The notes beneath the pieces were generated by a model. It searched no databases and had not been told where the DNA came from. It worked only from the letters and a program-made list of their open reading frames with translations. Positions 1 to 14,600 of a stretch of 64,000 nucleotides of DNA are shown here, piece after piece. How positions within the stretch are numbered: position 1 is the first letter of the stretch; the number at the start of each line of letters is the position of its first letter. Location: positions 18,662,001 to 18,726,000 of the forward strand of contig CM060731.1 in assembly GCA_030704615.1 (NCBI GenBank), read 5' to 3'. The stretch is from Takakia lepidozioides (lineage: Eukaryota > Plantae > Bryophyta). The translations under genes were made by a program, and so were the position numbers.

Positions 1-2
1 AA

Positions 3-3000
3 GCTAATTATCCATATCTTTGGGAGAGAGGAATAGACATAGGGGAATCATCTGGACCTCTCACACCATCAAGATCAAAAAGTGCATCACCTATACCGGA
101 AGAACTAGAGTTGGATGCCACTCCTTCTGTTTCTTTGCAAGAAAGATTAAGGGAATTGGTACAGGAAGAAGATCAATCACGAGGTGAAAGATCTGAGGTA
201 CATCCTTGGATAAAAGACTTGACAGAAATCTTTGATAAGAGTTGGCATGGAACACCAAAAGCAGGAACTCCAGTTTCTGAAGCAGAAGATGAAGAAGGAG
301 ATGAGGATGTGGCAGAGCCAACGGAGAGTTCAGACTCTCCAACACCATTACAGTTGAGTTACATGAGTGAAGAAGAAACCCAAGGGCAGAACTTGGAGGA
401 TGAAAACAGAGAGAAGAAATTGGAAGAGGAAGAATATGAAGAAGTAGACCCAACAGCTGAGGTTGAGACTACAACCAGGACATCCCAACCCGTTGGACCT
501 GGATCAAGTGGAGCACTTGGATCACAGGCCAACGAAGGTGTCGGCTCAGGGGGATCAGGCGGGCTGCCTGGATCTGGCTCTGGGGGGACAGGGAGTGTGG
601 GAAGTAGTGCAACTGAAGCTGGGAATACTGTGAATATCGTGGGGCCAGAAGCAGGGAGTGCTCAAGGGCCACCACTTGGTGGAAGATCCACCACAAAAAC
701 AACAGGTCCAGAAGGACCAGCACCAGCAAGGGTGCCAGCACCTGTCAGTGGGCAGAAGGTAGGGCCACAGATGGCGTTACAACCAACACGGGCAAAACCA
801 CCCTTTCCAATATATTCAGGAAAAGGGGATCCCGATGTACACATTAGCCAATTTGAGCACATGTGTATAGTGAACAATGAGAATGGCGATGATGCCAAGA
901 TGAGACTGTTTCCTTGTTCACTTATCAAGAAAGCAAGTGAATGGTATGCAAGATTCCCTGATAATCATTTCCTAACCTGGAATGGCTTGAATACAGCATT
1001 TCGAAATAGGTTCAGGACAAGTAAAACTGAGGATGAAGTGTATGGAAGTTTACAACAGCTGAAGCAGAAGAAGCATGAAACTGTTGAAGAGTATATGGAG
1101 AAGATGGAATTGATGATGAAAAAGCTGGCTGCAGTACCAGCACCCGGTTTACAGAAGACTTGGTTTGTGAGTGGACTAAGACCAGAGTTGCAGAAGAAAG
1201 TGGATATGTTACCCCATAATACAGTGGAGGAGGCATTTGAAACTGCAAACAGAATTGAGCAATTGGGAATGCTCAGGAGAGAGAAAAAGGAAGATGAGGA
1301 CTCTGAAGATGAGTCAGATGAAGAAGAAGAGCAAGAACTAAAAAGAAAGAGTAAGAGAAAGGAAAAGTTGAAGAGGGATAACTATGAGAAAAGATTGGAA
1401 GAAATCTTGAAGAAGTATGCCACAGAGGCTGCAACACATTGGAGGAAGGGTGTATGGTGTGCAAAGTGCCAGAATGAAGGCCATACCACTACAGAATGCC
1501 ACATGAAGGAGAAACACTGTACTATCTGTAAAATGGATAACCATTCTACTGAGAATTGTTACTACAACAGAAAGGACAGCTGCAAGAGAACCTAGGCAAG
1601 TAGGGTGCATCAGGTGCAGCCCCAGCCAAGAAGAAATAATGATCAGGACCACTATGGTAGGTCTGGTGGTTATAACAATGGCATGGAAGGGAGAGGTAAT
1701 TCAAGAGGGAATTACCAAGGAAATTCCAGAGGCAACTATCAGGGTAATCCAAGGGGGAATTACCAGCCCGGGAATCAGGATTATAGAAATAATCCAAGAC
1801 CAGACCAAGGGCGAGGACCCAATGGTGAAGAGCTATGTTACTATTGTAATCAGCCAGGACATCGCAAGGCAGCCTGTTCATTCTGGATAAGACACCAGAA
1901 TGAGATGAGAGCTCCTGTGAATGAGGGCCCAGTGGTGGCAGCTCACATGGTTAGGCCATGTGTTGTACCAGAAGTAAGTACAATGATAGTAACAAGAAGT
2001 AAAGCCAAACTAATACCTCCAGTAGAAGAGGAAGAAGATGAGACTGGAAGTGGCAATGATATGCCTGAAGATGAAGAGACTTGGAAAGATGAGAAGGAAC
2101 TGCACAAGGAAGTGGCAGATACTATAAGGGAAATGCAAAAGAGTACGGATATTCCTGTGGCAGATTCCTCTGATTCGGATGGAGAAAAAGAGGGGAGTGA
2201 GGAAGAAAGGAAAAAAGAAGATGCAGACATGCAAAGTAATGAAGAGACTTTGGCTGAAGTAATATGTCAGACCAAAGCAGAAATTACCATTGGACAGCTA
2301 TTAGCTGTGGCACCTTATTGTAGGCACAGGCTGTATCAGGCAATCAATCGAATTGCCCAAGAGACAGGAAACACAGACCTGAACAGCAAGGTGACCAGTT
2401 ATAATGTGAAGCCGGAAGGGCGAGAACCAGTCATGGACTTTGATGATTCTATGCCAGTAATCCAATTGAGAATTGGAAGCACAGAACTAACTGATGTACT
2501 GATAGATGGTGGTTCTGGAGTAAATATCATGACAGACCAATTAAGGAAGAAGCTTGGTCTAAGTAACATGAAACCAGCCCCATTTACAGTAACAATGGCA
2601 GATCAAAGAAGTGTACAGCCATTGGGATTAATAAGAGGAGTTAAGATACAGATACAGAAAATGATCTTTATGATCACAGTAACTGTATTAAAAATGGATG
2701 AAGTCATGGAGGCTTACTCCTTATTATTGGGACGTCCGTGGCTGAAACAGGCCAGGGTATTCCATGACTGGAATTCTCAGTTACTAACTGTGCATAATGG
2801 GATGCACGAGATACAAATTACCACAAAGAAATCTAGTAGATTACCTGCTACAAGAAGACCTCGAGGAGTCAGAGAGTATGACTGGAGGGGAGGACTGGAT
2901 GAGGAGCAGGAAGCTACCCTATTTGCTGCACACCCAGAATGGGAGCAGGTTGCAGAGATGCGGCTGGAAAGCCTAAGTTGTTTGAGAGGTATCTGCTGTG

Positions 3001-6000
3001 GTGTAGTGACAGCAACACCAATTGAAGAGGAAACCAACTGTTACCCCCACATTTCTATGAAGAAAAGGAGGGAGAGATAGAAATCCTAGAAGAACCAGCC
3101 ACTGTGAGCTTAAAGGATGAAGTGGTGACTGGTTGGACAATCACAGCTGATGAGCAGGTGAGAGAAGTAAATGTGGGAACTCAGGAGGAACCGAGAATGG
3201 TGAAAGTAGGAGCTGATTTGGAGCCAAGTTCTTCGAAGAAGCTAAAAGCTTGTTCATCAAATACAGAGATGTATTTGCTTGGAGCTATGAGGATCTAAAA
3301 GGGATACCACCTGAAGTCTGTCAGCATAAAATTGAACTGGAACCAGGGTCAGTACCAATCAAGCAGGCGAGGTATAGAATGAATCCCAACTACGCACAGA
3401 AGGTTGGAGAGAGATAAAGAAGTTGGCTGAGGCTAAGTTTATATACCCAATAGAGTATACAACTTGGTTGTCACCCATTGTTATAGTTCCCAAGAAGAAT
3501 GGCAAACTAAGAGTATGTGTGAACTATAAGAAGCTGAATGCTTGTACGAAGAAAGATCCTTTCCCTTTGCCATTCACAGAAGCAGTATTAGACACTGTGG
3601 CAGGCCATGAGATGTACTCATTCATGGATGGCTTCAGTGGTTATAATCAAGTGCAAGTGGCAGAAGAAGACCAAGGGAAAACAGCTTTCATCACAGACTG
3701 GGGGGCTTATGCATACAAAGTCATGCCCTTTGGACTTTGTAATGCACCAGCGACCTTTCAGAGAGTGATAAGTGAATCTTTTCAAGAGTATCTGGATGAT
3801 TTCATGCAGGTGTTTTTGGATGATTTCAGTGTGTACAGCTCTAAGAATGAGCACTTGCATAAATTGGAGTTATGCCTGGCCAGATGCAGGATGAGAGGTC
3901 TGGGCTTGAACCCAGAGAAGTGTACTTTCTGTGTGAACTCAGGGGTGCTTCTGGGACACATTGTGTGTAAGAAGGGACTCCTTGTGGATCCCAGGAAGAC
4001 AGAGTCCATTAAAGTCTCTCCACCACCAGTGAATGTTAAGAGTTTAAGGAGATTCCTTGGGCAAACCAGTTATTACAGAAGATTTGTCAAAAGTATGCAC
4101 AAATAGCAGCACCATTGAGCAAGCTTCTGAAGAAAGATGCAGTGTTTGCATGGACAGCTGAATGTCAACAGGCGTTTGAGGAACTTACACTGTCAGTAAC
4201 AACTACACCTGTGCTGATTAACCCTCACTGGCATGTAGTATTTCATGTTCACTGCGATGCATCAGGAGAAGCGTTGGGAGCGGTGTTAGCCCAGAATGTT
4301 ACAGGGAATATAGATTCACCTGTGTACTATGCTAGCCGGTTGATGAACAGTGCTGAGAGGAACTATAGCACAACGGAAAGAGAAGCATTGGCAATGATCT
4401 ATGCAGTGAAGAAATTCAGGCATTACCTATTGGGAAGAAAGTTTATGTTTTATGTGGATCACCAGGCTCTGATATATCTGGTGAACAAACCTTTGATAAG
4501 TGGAAGGATAGCGAGGTGGTTAATAATCTTGCATGAGTTTGAGTTCGAGGTTATTTACAAGCCTGGCCGTTTGCATCTTGTGGCAGATCATTTGTCACGA
4601 CTAACAACAGGAGAGGCCGCCACAGGAGTGGACGATCAGTTACCTGATGCGAGTTTATTTGTAATGGAGGTGCAAGGAAGTGCAGATGAATGGTTAGATT
4701 GGCAGTGGCCAATCAGATACTACCTTGCTCATGGTCAGTGCCCACCTAGTTATGGTAAGGAGCAGAGAAGAGAATCGCTATCAAGCTTTACCTTATACTA
4801 TGGTAGGAAGCAGAATGTATAAGTTAGGACCAGATGGGGTACTAAAACGATGCTTGTACCACCATGAAGTAAATAAAGTCTTGGAGGAAGTTCATAAAGG
4901 AGTGGCTGGAGGTCATTTTGGAGAAGAGACTACCAGTAGAAAGATACTACTCGCAGGATACTGGTGGCCTACTTTGTTCAAAGATGTACATGAGTATTGT
5001 CAGAAGTGTGATGAATGTCAGAGGCTAGGACCTTTGCAGAGATCTGGAAGAATGGCCTTGCATCCTACAATGCCTACGGAACCATTTCAGAAATGGGGAC
5101 TAGACTTTGTTGGACCAATTAATCCACCATCCAAGAATACACAAAACAGGTACATAATTACAGCCACTGATTATACTACAAAGTGGGTGGAAGCTAAAGC
5201 TTTGAGGGACAACACAGCCAAGTCCACAGCAAGGTTCCTGTACGAGAACATACTTACACGATTTGGATGTCCCTTAGAATTTATCAGTGATCAAGGAAGT
5301 CACTTCATGAATGAGACCATTGAGTTATTGACTAAAGAGTTTATGATTGTGCATAGAAAGAGTACAACATATTACCCACAGGGTAATGGACAGGCAGAGG
5401 CTACCAACAAAATACTATGTACTATCTTGGCTAAGATAGTCAATGCAAACAGAACGGATTGGGATACAAAGCTGCTGACAGCTTTATGGTCATACAGGAC
5501 TTCGTATAAAGTCACCACAAAGTATACACCATTCCAATTAGTTTATGGTATGGAAGCCTTACTTCCAGTGGAATTCCTGTTACCTACCATGAGAACGGAG
5601 TGGGGAAAAAGAATGGAATTGCAAGACTCCATCAAGGTCAGGAAACATGAATTATACCATGTGGAAGAAGTACGTGCTGATGCAGCTGATAATATGACCA
5701 GAATTCAGATGAAGAGAAAGGAACAGTTTGATGAAGGCAAGTTAAAGACTTTTAAGACGGGGGATTTGGTTCTATGGTTGCAGAAGAAAGGAAAGATTCA
5801 AGCTTCTAAGCTTAAATCACCATGGAAAGGACCTTATGTCATACAAAAGATGTATGATAACAACACAGCCATGTTACAAACCATTAACAAAGAAATGCTG
5901 GGAAGAGTCAATGCAAATAAGTTGAAGGGGTACAGTGGTATCCATGACAAACCCCTGCAGCATGATTTGCATGTTGAACCGCAAGAGCAGTCACGGGCTG

Positions 6001-6176
6001 CACCAGTGTTACGAACGGAGTATGGAACACTTGTCGCTAGGCCCAGTATATATGACCGGGGTGGGCAAAACAAACGTGACACAGCCTATCACAGCCCATC
6101 ACGGCGTGACACAGCCTATCACAGCACAGCCCACACGGCGTTACACAGCCTATGCACACACCCCTCACAAACGTGA
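3..6176 (+). pseudogene. gag-pol polyprotein of family 1, disrupted by an in-frame TAG at 1593-1595 and several frameshifts
   Basis: Retrotrans_gag-like core; CCHC knuckles (CAKCQNEGHTTTEC, CYYCNQPGHRKAAC); protease LIDGGS; RT (PFGLCNAPATFQR, FLDD); RNase H (HCDAS, EREALA); integrase (GGHFG, C..C, WGLDFVGP, SDQG, GPY). Confidence 0.93.
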
Positions 6177-6300
6177 CACAGCCTATCACAGCCCTCACGG
6201 CACGGTCACAAGCCTATCACAGCTTACCACAGTGCAAAAACACAGCCTCTCATCATACAGCGTAACACAGTATGACACAGCCTGTCACAGCTCAACACAG
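6077..6300 (+). repeat. Degenerate (GACACAGCCTATCACAGC)-type tandem repeat downstream of the integrase
   Basis: Repeated gacacagcctatcacagc / cacagc units, related to the LTR microsatellite. Confidence 0.75.
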
Positions 6301-6992
6301 CTACTAAAGTTACACGATCCATAGAATCAGTGACAAGTGGACACATAAAAACTTCAGGAAAATGGCTGAAGGAAGAAGAAACGGAAATTAATTTAAAAAT
6401 AGACACGTGGAGGTCAGGGTGCGACACACAGCAGAGAATGAAGTGCAAGGACAGGTGTCAAAAAGAAAGAGGACAAGAACGGCCGTCAAAAGGGATGAAA
6501 GGCGGGCCCATTAATGAATACGGAAAAAGGGAAACAGAACGAACGGCAAGTACAGAAAAACTGAATTCATGTCGCATGTGTGATCCTAGTGGACTATCCA
6601 ACAGGGAAAGTCCACTAAAGAAGATAAAAGTTAAAATCCAGTCACAGCGGATACAGCCAATAGAAAACCAGAGAAATGATCAAGAAAATGGAGGGAAATT
6701 AAGCGCAAGAGGCGGCGTCGTTCTGAGTAACGGGCGTCTCGACAGGACAGGCCATAAATGCTATAACTTGGAAACTATGGAGGAACTAACAGACTATACG
6801 CTCGCAATATTACTTACGCAATGGCAGAGACACGAAACGAAAGAGCAGAGCTTTTCTCTTGAACAATGCTTGCAAGCCCCGCAGGCTTACAAGAGATTAC
6901 CCATAGCTTTCTGCGGCAACCATACGTTTCTGCTTTGTGCACTACAGGCATTCCTGCAGTTGTTACAGCCAAAGCAGTTCTGTGAGTCTAAG

Positions 6993-8965
6993 ATGAAGAG
7001 AGTGAGAGGAATGGAGGAAATCAGGGTGAAGAGCACCACAATTCTGCAGAAACAAACGATGGCTACCCCACAGGCGATAAAGATACTGAAGGAGCTGAGA
7101 TTGGAAGGATTGCAAAGCATGGATTGGACACTACACCATAGACAGTACATGTTACAATTTTTGCAGAACTTTGAGCCAAAGACAGGAACAACAACGGTGA
7201 AGGGAGTTGAATTAATGATTACTCCCCTATACCTCCAGCAATTGTTTCGATTGCCAGCAGGTCATGTGTATGTGGAGGAACACAGGGAAAGACTGCAAAT
7301 AGGGGATTTATTCCAAGAAGGAGTTTCTTTAAAACTCAGGTTATGCTTGTACCAAAGCTGTGTACCCAGGGTTAAAAGACATAGGCCAAGTATTGAACGT
7401 TCTGATTGCCCTGAAACAGAACCAACAATATTTGAGCAGATCCTTCACAGAGGAAATCCTCAAAGGCTTGAAGGGACAAGAGGTACCATGGGCGGACATA
7501 ATGTACAACGCACTGGTAGAGGAGATGAAAAGATTACAAGGTACTACCGCAAAATCTCCTATCATAGTGTCTGGCCCAATCATTGCTCAAATAATCCTTA
7601 GTTCTGGCATACTTAATGCACAGAAAGGAAGGAAATGGGAGTGTTTGAGCCAGAAACAACTGCAATGGAAGAGCAAGGCTCTTCACACAGTGAGGGTGGA
7701 CTAGCAGCACAACCCGAGACTAAGAGGCAGAGAAGGGGAAAGACTGTAGTGGCGGATCCACTGGCTTCACGGATTCCGCATGATAATGTTTCCCAAGCTC
7801 ATGACCAGGAAGGGGCACAGCAGCACAAAAGAATGTTATTACTGGAAGCAGGACCTTCAGAGAGGGAGGAAGAAGTTACTTCTGCATCACAGCCAACACA
7901 GCCACTTGAACGACTTGTCACAAGGTCACAAGTTATCCATGCAGCTCAACCCGAAATAATTGATTTGGAAAGTGAAGGGATAGATATTCCAACTACAGAA
8001 CAGATAGTGGCAGAAATAGAGAAAGGGGACCTTCTCTATGAATATTCTGGTCTGGTCAAGCAGACAGAAATCCCAGAGGTGCAACAGTTGCCCAAAGAGA
8101 AATCCTGAGGTACATATAATGCACACACCTGTGTCGGAGGTACCACACGGAAGGCCATGACACTGTAGCACCGGTCATAAATGAAGTAGTTCAGGAAGAA
8201 AATCCGGTGGGACAATGGTCTGAATGGTTAGTGAGACATCATACTGTTGAAGATCGGGAGGAACAGCAGCAACCTCACCATGATGACCCTCAACAGGCAA
8301 TGCTGATGAGTTCCATAGGCAGGACACTTAATTTGTTGGGGACTTATGTCAAAACCCATGTTCCACTTACCCCATTGACAGCCTTGAAAGAAGAACTCAG
8401 GAAGGAGTTTGAGGCTCGACTTGCCACTGAGTGTGCAAACAAGGTCGATGAAGAGGTCACTCTCAAGATGAAGCAGGACTTGGCCAATACAGAAATGGCT
8501 TTGCAATTGGCCAAGCAACAATTGATTGAGGCAGGCCTCGCGCAAGACCAGTTGCACGAAGCACATAAGCAACAGCTATACCAAATGCAGGTGCAGCATG
8601 AAAGCAAGTTGCAAGAACTGAATGCACTACATACGGGTTGCAGACAGTGCATAACGGATGGCGATACAATGCGCTACATTTACAACTATGCTTGACCAAT
8701 CAACAAAAGAAATAAACAGTCAAGCGGAAAAATGTACGAAGGCAGAAGAGAGAATGTGGAGCACATGAAGCTCATTGTCGATATGAAGAATACAATCTGT
8801 CGCAATGAAGATACTCTCAAGCAATACAGCAGATGGAAGCTGAGAATGAGAAATACATCGTGGAGTTGCAACAACCCATCGTGGCCAATAGAAATGACAT
8901 CGCGGTCAAGTAACAAGGCTTCGAAGAAGCCAATAATCTACTTGCTGCCTATGCGCATTGGTTGA
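6993..8965 (+). pseudogene. Extra 3' ORF (Athila ORF2 / 'putative plant transposon protein'-like) with coiled-coil C-terminus, frameshifted
   Basis: LQFLQNF...TTTVKGVELMITPLYLQQLFRLP and VPWADIMYNAL...GPIIAQII resemble the EFYAN/VRG/LP pattern of that family. Followed by E/Q/L-rich heptads (8207-8965). Confidence 0.55.
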
Positions 8966-9140
8966 GCCACAGGCGAAGCGCATGAAGGCTTTACAACAGC
9001 AGTTGGAATTGTATAAGCTAAGAGAGGAGCAAACTCTCAGGGGAACCACAAGCAGCTTGTGGATAACAGCCTTATGCAGGTCTGGTTAGCACAAGGGCCA
9101 GTAGAGGGCAAAGCCCCACGGAAGCTCACCCAAAGCGAGA

Positions 9141-10534
9141 ATGAATGAGCTCAGACTGCAGGTGCAGAACATTGCCACAACTACTATAGACAATGTCTAT
9201 AGTAGGATAGCAGAGTTACAAGAGGATGTAGACGGACTCCAGACTCAAGTGGAAGACCTCACTTCAAACATCGACCAAAGAGTCTATATCCCTCAGGAAC
9301 AGCTAATGGCTTCTTATTTGCAAGCCAGACTCTGGCTTTTCAGTCTTCACAGGAGGTGCAGGAGATGCCAATGTACAGGAACCGTACCACACCCCCCACA
9401 ACAGGTCAGTGTACCAGTAGCTGAACCTGTGGTTACACACACCACACCACAGCCACCACAGCCGGAGGTATGGGGCAATGCAGCTTTTAACCCACCTAAA
9501 ACTCCAGCTGCCAGGGAGTACAGTAGGGCTATGATTATGCCCTTCAACCAAATTCCATCATGTTGGATTTGCTTGGAAAGAATTTAGTCCTCCGCAGTCA
9601 TTCGCCATTACTACCAAATCATGCGTATTTGGCTGCCAGTGGCAACCAGGACTAAAGTTCTTCCAAACAATCGACATATTGAAGATCATCACTTTGCACA
9701 ATACTGGCACGAGGCAAGGTACCATGTTGAGGGAATTGGTTGCTTTCCAGGTTGTACATGGACTCATTTATACCAAGACCAAGAGATAGCAAGTATTGTC
9801 ATGGGGTGCGGGCTATACTACGCTGCTTGTTTTTCTGATACGTTACCACATAGAGCAACAAAAGATGCAAGCACGCTTTTCAAAGTTACTCCAGTGGAGA
9901 TCATTGGGTATTAACCGTTCTTGCCACCTTCATCATGTACCGATATGACCCAAAAGTTATGATACAGAAGGATTCTCAAATTCGTTCATGGTTTCAAGCA
10001 GCCTGCAACAATTTGTCAACACAGAAATTCGGACTTGATGACATTTTCTATAAGGGACATATCGCATGGAAATACTTGCACGCTGCACCAGTAATTGGTA
10101 CCCCACTCATCTGGACAGACAAGGAGCTCAGTGTCTACACCAATTTTGCTGTTCAACGGTTACACCAGGTTGTAAAATGCAAACTTCCAGACATGGTAGG
10201 ACAGCATTGTATGCCCCAGATGATTCCACAAAAAGTTCGAAAATTAAAACACCTGAGAGGCGATGAGGATTCTGATACAACTGTTTCTTCACAAAATTCT
10301 TTTGACATGGGAGAAGACTATGCAATTCAGATGGAAGAGAAGAAACAAAGGGGATCTCCTATGCCGGATAGATTACCTCGATATCAGCCTCCAGAAGGCC
10401 TCACTTATCCAGGTAGTGATCAACCATCTCCATCAACCAGAGACAGACCTCGGGCTCGTACACACAGCCCACCACGAAACTCTCAACGTCAACAAGGTGC
10501 TCACTCACAAAGGTTTGCTACTCGGAAACAGTAA
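9141..10534 (+). pseudogene. Further extra 3' ORF(s) of unknown function in family 1, broken into three frames
   Basis: ORFs 9141-9587, 9621-9914 and 9935-10534 are consecutive, same-strand and end just before the PPT. Confidence 0.45.
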
Positions 10535-10555
10535 ACCGTGAGGACACGGCTTTTT

Positions 10556-10568
10556 GAGGGGGAAGGGG
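10556..10568 (+). promoter_or_regulatory. Polypurine tract of family-1 element
   Basis: GAGGGGGAAGGGG immediately before the LTR start TG, preceded by a CCGTG-AGGA-CACGG stem-loop. Confidence 0.85.
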
Positions 10569-10571
10569 TAA

Positions 10572-11664
10572 TGTTAGAGGACTGTAGGGGACTTAGACAC
10601 TTATACGGGATCTGTAGGGTACCCTTAATTTTTGCACAGACTGAGACAAACAGGAACCTTAGGGGTGACAGCAGCGCACTGTAGAGGGGGGTTACATAGC
10701 CCACACAGCCGACACAGCAGTCACAGCCCACACAGCCGTCACAGCCCACACAGCCAACACAGCCCGTCACAGTCGTCACAGCCCACACAGCCGACACAGC
10801 AGTCACAGCCCACACAGCCAACACAGCCCGACACAGTCGTCACAGCCCACACAGCCGTCACAGCCCACACAGCCAACACAGCCCGTCACAGTCGTCACAG
10901 CCCACACAGCCCACACAGCCCGTCACAGTCGTCACAGCAGACACAGCCCACACAGCCAGTCACAGCCCGGCACAGCCACACAGCCAGTCACAGCCCGACA
11001 CAGCCAAACACAGCCAGTCACCGCTTGACAGAGCTGTCACGATAATAGGGAACGAAGAGTAGGACAGGGAACGGCTGTGGGGAACAACACCAGTGAAGGG
11101 AACATGTTAGTTCACATACGACGGTTAGAGAGGGAAACGGTTAGAACCGCGGATAGGAGGATAAAGGGAAGAACGGGGAATGATGAGGGGATCATTATTA
11201 TCATTATTCGGGGAGGACTTCGGAGTCAGGCGGGAGCGGAAGTCGGTGAGCACGATGAAGGAGGAAAGAGGATTAGTAGATGCTTGTTATATGCAAAGCT
11301 GTAGGGATATTGTAGAGGAGAATAGAGACACAATGGCTTCGGCCTGATACCTGATAAATCATAATCTGATACTTATACGATACAATCACACTGTGTAGAG
11401 AGATCTGAGTGAAGCTGTGGATTGAATGGAGGAGTGAAGGAAACCGATAAATTGATGAAGCAAACTGATACTTAATTATCAATGGTAAGGTAGCTAAGAT
11501 GAATGCGGAAAAGGAAACAAATAGGAAACACCCCCATGATACACTAGCTGTAGGTCATGACTGATTGTTCTGCGCGGGCTGAGTACTTAGAGATTTCCAA
11601 CTCTTCTATCTTGGAGTTTCCGCCTCGGATAGCGAAGGGATGGGTGAGTAAAAGCCGCGTGACA
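10572..11664 (+). repeat. 3' LTR (~1.1 kb) of family 1, containing a (CACAGC)n-type minisatellite at ~10697-11021
   Basis: Starts TGTTAGAGG and ends GTGACA; homologous to the reverse complement of 47556-48513. Confidence 0.9.
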
Positions 11665-14600
11665 GGCTCCATCCCTCTTTCTCCCTTCCCTTTTCTGACT
11701 GTATAGAGAAGTAGAGTATACCTCGATTTCCTCGGTTTCCTCAGCTGGTCCCACTGGATACCTGCTTAGCGCATCTACGTTAGCATGCCTAGCACCCGCC
11801 CTATGAACAATTTTAAACTCAAAATCTTGTAACATCATGATCCATCTACCCCTGCGTCCATATGCGTCACTTACCGTTGCCAACCACTCCAGTGGTTTGT
11901 GATCAGTCCTGATTACAAAAGGGGTTCCATATAGGTACTGCCTAAAGTGTAATACTCCCCACACCAAGGCATAGCATTCACCTTCCATAGGGTGATATTT
12001 TCGCTGAGCATCAGATAGTACCTTACTAGCGTATGCAATGATCCTCTCCTTTTTATACTCCTTTTGTGACAAGACTGCCCCCACTCCTTTGATGGACCAG
12101 TCAACATCCAGGACGAAAGGCCTTGAAAAATCTGGCCTGGCCAGAATGGGAGCAGTCACCAGCTTCACTTGTAGGGCAGAAAAGGCGTTTTGTGCCTCTG
12201 CACTCCAGATAAACTTCACATCCTTCTTGGTTAGAGTGAACAAAGGTACTGCCACTCCAGCATACCCCTTGACATAGGGCCTATAATACCCTGTCATCCC
12301 CAAATAACTTTTGTGAGCAAGGAAAACCTTTCAATTGCAGCTATCTTATCTGGATCAGGCCAGGTTCCTTCTTCAGAGATCACAGGCCCAAGGAATACCA
12401 ACTGCAAATTGGCAAAATAACACTTGTCCGGATTGAGCCTAAGATTGGCCCTTCTAACCTTCATCAGTACTCTCTTTATGTGCCCCACGTGATCTGCCCA
12501 GTCCTTGCTATGGATATTGACGTCATCTACAAAGACCTTGGCGCAATCTTTAATTTCTTCCTTAAGCACCCTATTCATTGTTCTTTGGAAAGTAGCAGTG
12601 GCATTTTTTAGCCCAAATGGCATGACCAGCCATTCATACAATCCCTTCTTGGTGATTACTGCTATTTTGCTTATATCTCGGTCGTCCATCTTAATCTGCC
12701 AAAAACCAGATTGTAAATCCAGAGCAGAGAACCACTTGGCTTTCCCCAACTAGTTCAAAACATCCTGAATTAATGGCATAGGGTAAGAGTCCCTCCTAGT
12801 CAAGCGGTTCACTGGCCTGAAATCACCACAAAAACGCTTGGATCCATCCTTTTTTGGTGGAAGGGTGACTGGACATGACCATTCTGAACTACTTTCCTGC
12901 ATCTTACCTTGTGAGATCAAAGTCTCAATCTGTCTTTGTACCTCGTTTTCCTCCCACTCTGATAGGCGGCTGGGACGACTTCTGCAAGGGGAAAACCTTG
13001 TGTATCAATTGTATGTTCCACCTCACTGCAATAACCCAAGTCAGCTTTGCTAAGAGCAAAACATTCCTGATTTTCTCTCAGCTCTTGCTCCAGTTCTATC
13101 CTATGTTCTGGGGCTAGCTCTGGATTGATGTGAAGTCTGGATTTCAGACTTCTCCAATGACTCTCCATTTCTTCTTCATGGCTGGGTTCCCAACTCTTTC
13201 CCTCCACCTGGTGTACAGAGTTAGCTACCCTCTGCCTTTCTTCCTGAGTCACAACCTGATTCCAATCATGGAAATCATCCTCTATTTCCACGTTGTTGTT
13301 CCCTAGTTCACCATTCCAAGCTTTCTGGTAAGCTTCCTGTATGATAGAGGCAGCCATGCTATGATGGGTCTCTTCCTGAAGGAGTTCATACATCCCTTGG
13401 TCTTCGAACAAATCCTCCCCTAGGTTGACATTATCTATTATCTCCTCTACATTCTTCAGGGCTCTATCTACCTTTTCGTTCTCCTCATATCCTCCCATCT
13501 CCTCATCTTTATCAGATTCAGAGCTGTCAGAGTCTGGAGATCCTTCCTCCGTGTCCACAAACTCTTCCTCGGGCTTTCTTTCTTCTTCCCACAAACCTAG
13601 GTACTGTTCATCTGATGTCAGGGTCAAGACATTTCCTGCTGACGTAGTGCTTGCATACCTTACTCTGCCCTCCTCCCCTCTGTGGTAGGCTGTTCTGGTG
13701 ACTGCAGGCTCATTATAATTTATAGTGTGCAAAGGGAAGTGAGCAAAATCCTTTCCTGGCCCATAGCGTACACGAATCGTTTCAGCTTCGGTGTCAACTA
13801 CCGCGCCAAACTTTTTGAGAAAGTCCAAGCCCAAAAGCATGTGATACGTATCCGTGTTTACCACCATAAAGGACAAGCGATTGGTCAGCTCTCCTACTTT
13901 GACCTTGATGTCCTCAAGTCTGCCCATTGTAGTCTCAAGAGCACCTGAGGCTACTCTGTAATTTACATCCTTATCAGTAACAACAGATCCCATCAGACCA
14001 AGATCCCTGACTGTACTTGCGGATATTACAGAAAGCATGGCACCGGTGTCAATTTGGCCTAATACTTGGTAATCTCCCATTGTAATCATTACATGAAGCG
14101 CTTTAACCTTACCAGTATAAGCATACGAGATCGTGGGCTCAGCGTGTGCTGAGTACAAAGGCCTTGGAACATCCCTCACAATTTCTACACTGTGAGTTGT
14201 CTCCCTTTGTTGTACCATTGCCCTTTCCACCACTTTGACCAGCCCCTTTAATTTGTCTAACTCTCCGGGCACAGTCATGATTAGGTCCATGGGAGACAAG
14301 GATATTCTCCCCTTGTAGAAGTGGTTCAGGATTCTGGATTTAGTACCTCCTTCTATGGCAGCTTTGAAATTGTTCTTTGGGTAGATCTCACTCTTGGTCT
14401 TGCTTGGCTGTTCACTGCTCTCACCATTCCTCTCTGGTGACTCTGTAGGTTCAACAGTAGGACTCTGGACAGGGATACGCGTCCTTGGAAGTCTGACTTC
14501 ATTGATACTGTTTTGTGACATCAGATCTGTCATTTATGCGAGTACATCATCCTCATCATCATAGAACACATCTACAAAGTTAGTTCCAGGAGTTCCCATC

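Larger units (their letters stand above)
1..11664 (+). mobile_element. Ty3/Gypsy LTR retrotransposon, non-chromovirus (Athila/Tat-like) family 1; 5' end lies outside the window; long 3' extra-ORF region
   Basis: Domain order gag-PR-RT-RH-IN with no chromodomain. ~4.5 kb of extra ORFs follow the integrase, then a PPT and a TG...CA LTR that matches a second copy at 47556-48513. Confidence 0.93.

Noticed and set aside
1593-1595. Programmed stop read-through in gag (also TAA at 14534-14536)
   Set aside because: More simply CAG>TAG / CAA>TAA mutations in elements with many other lesions.
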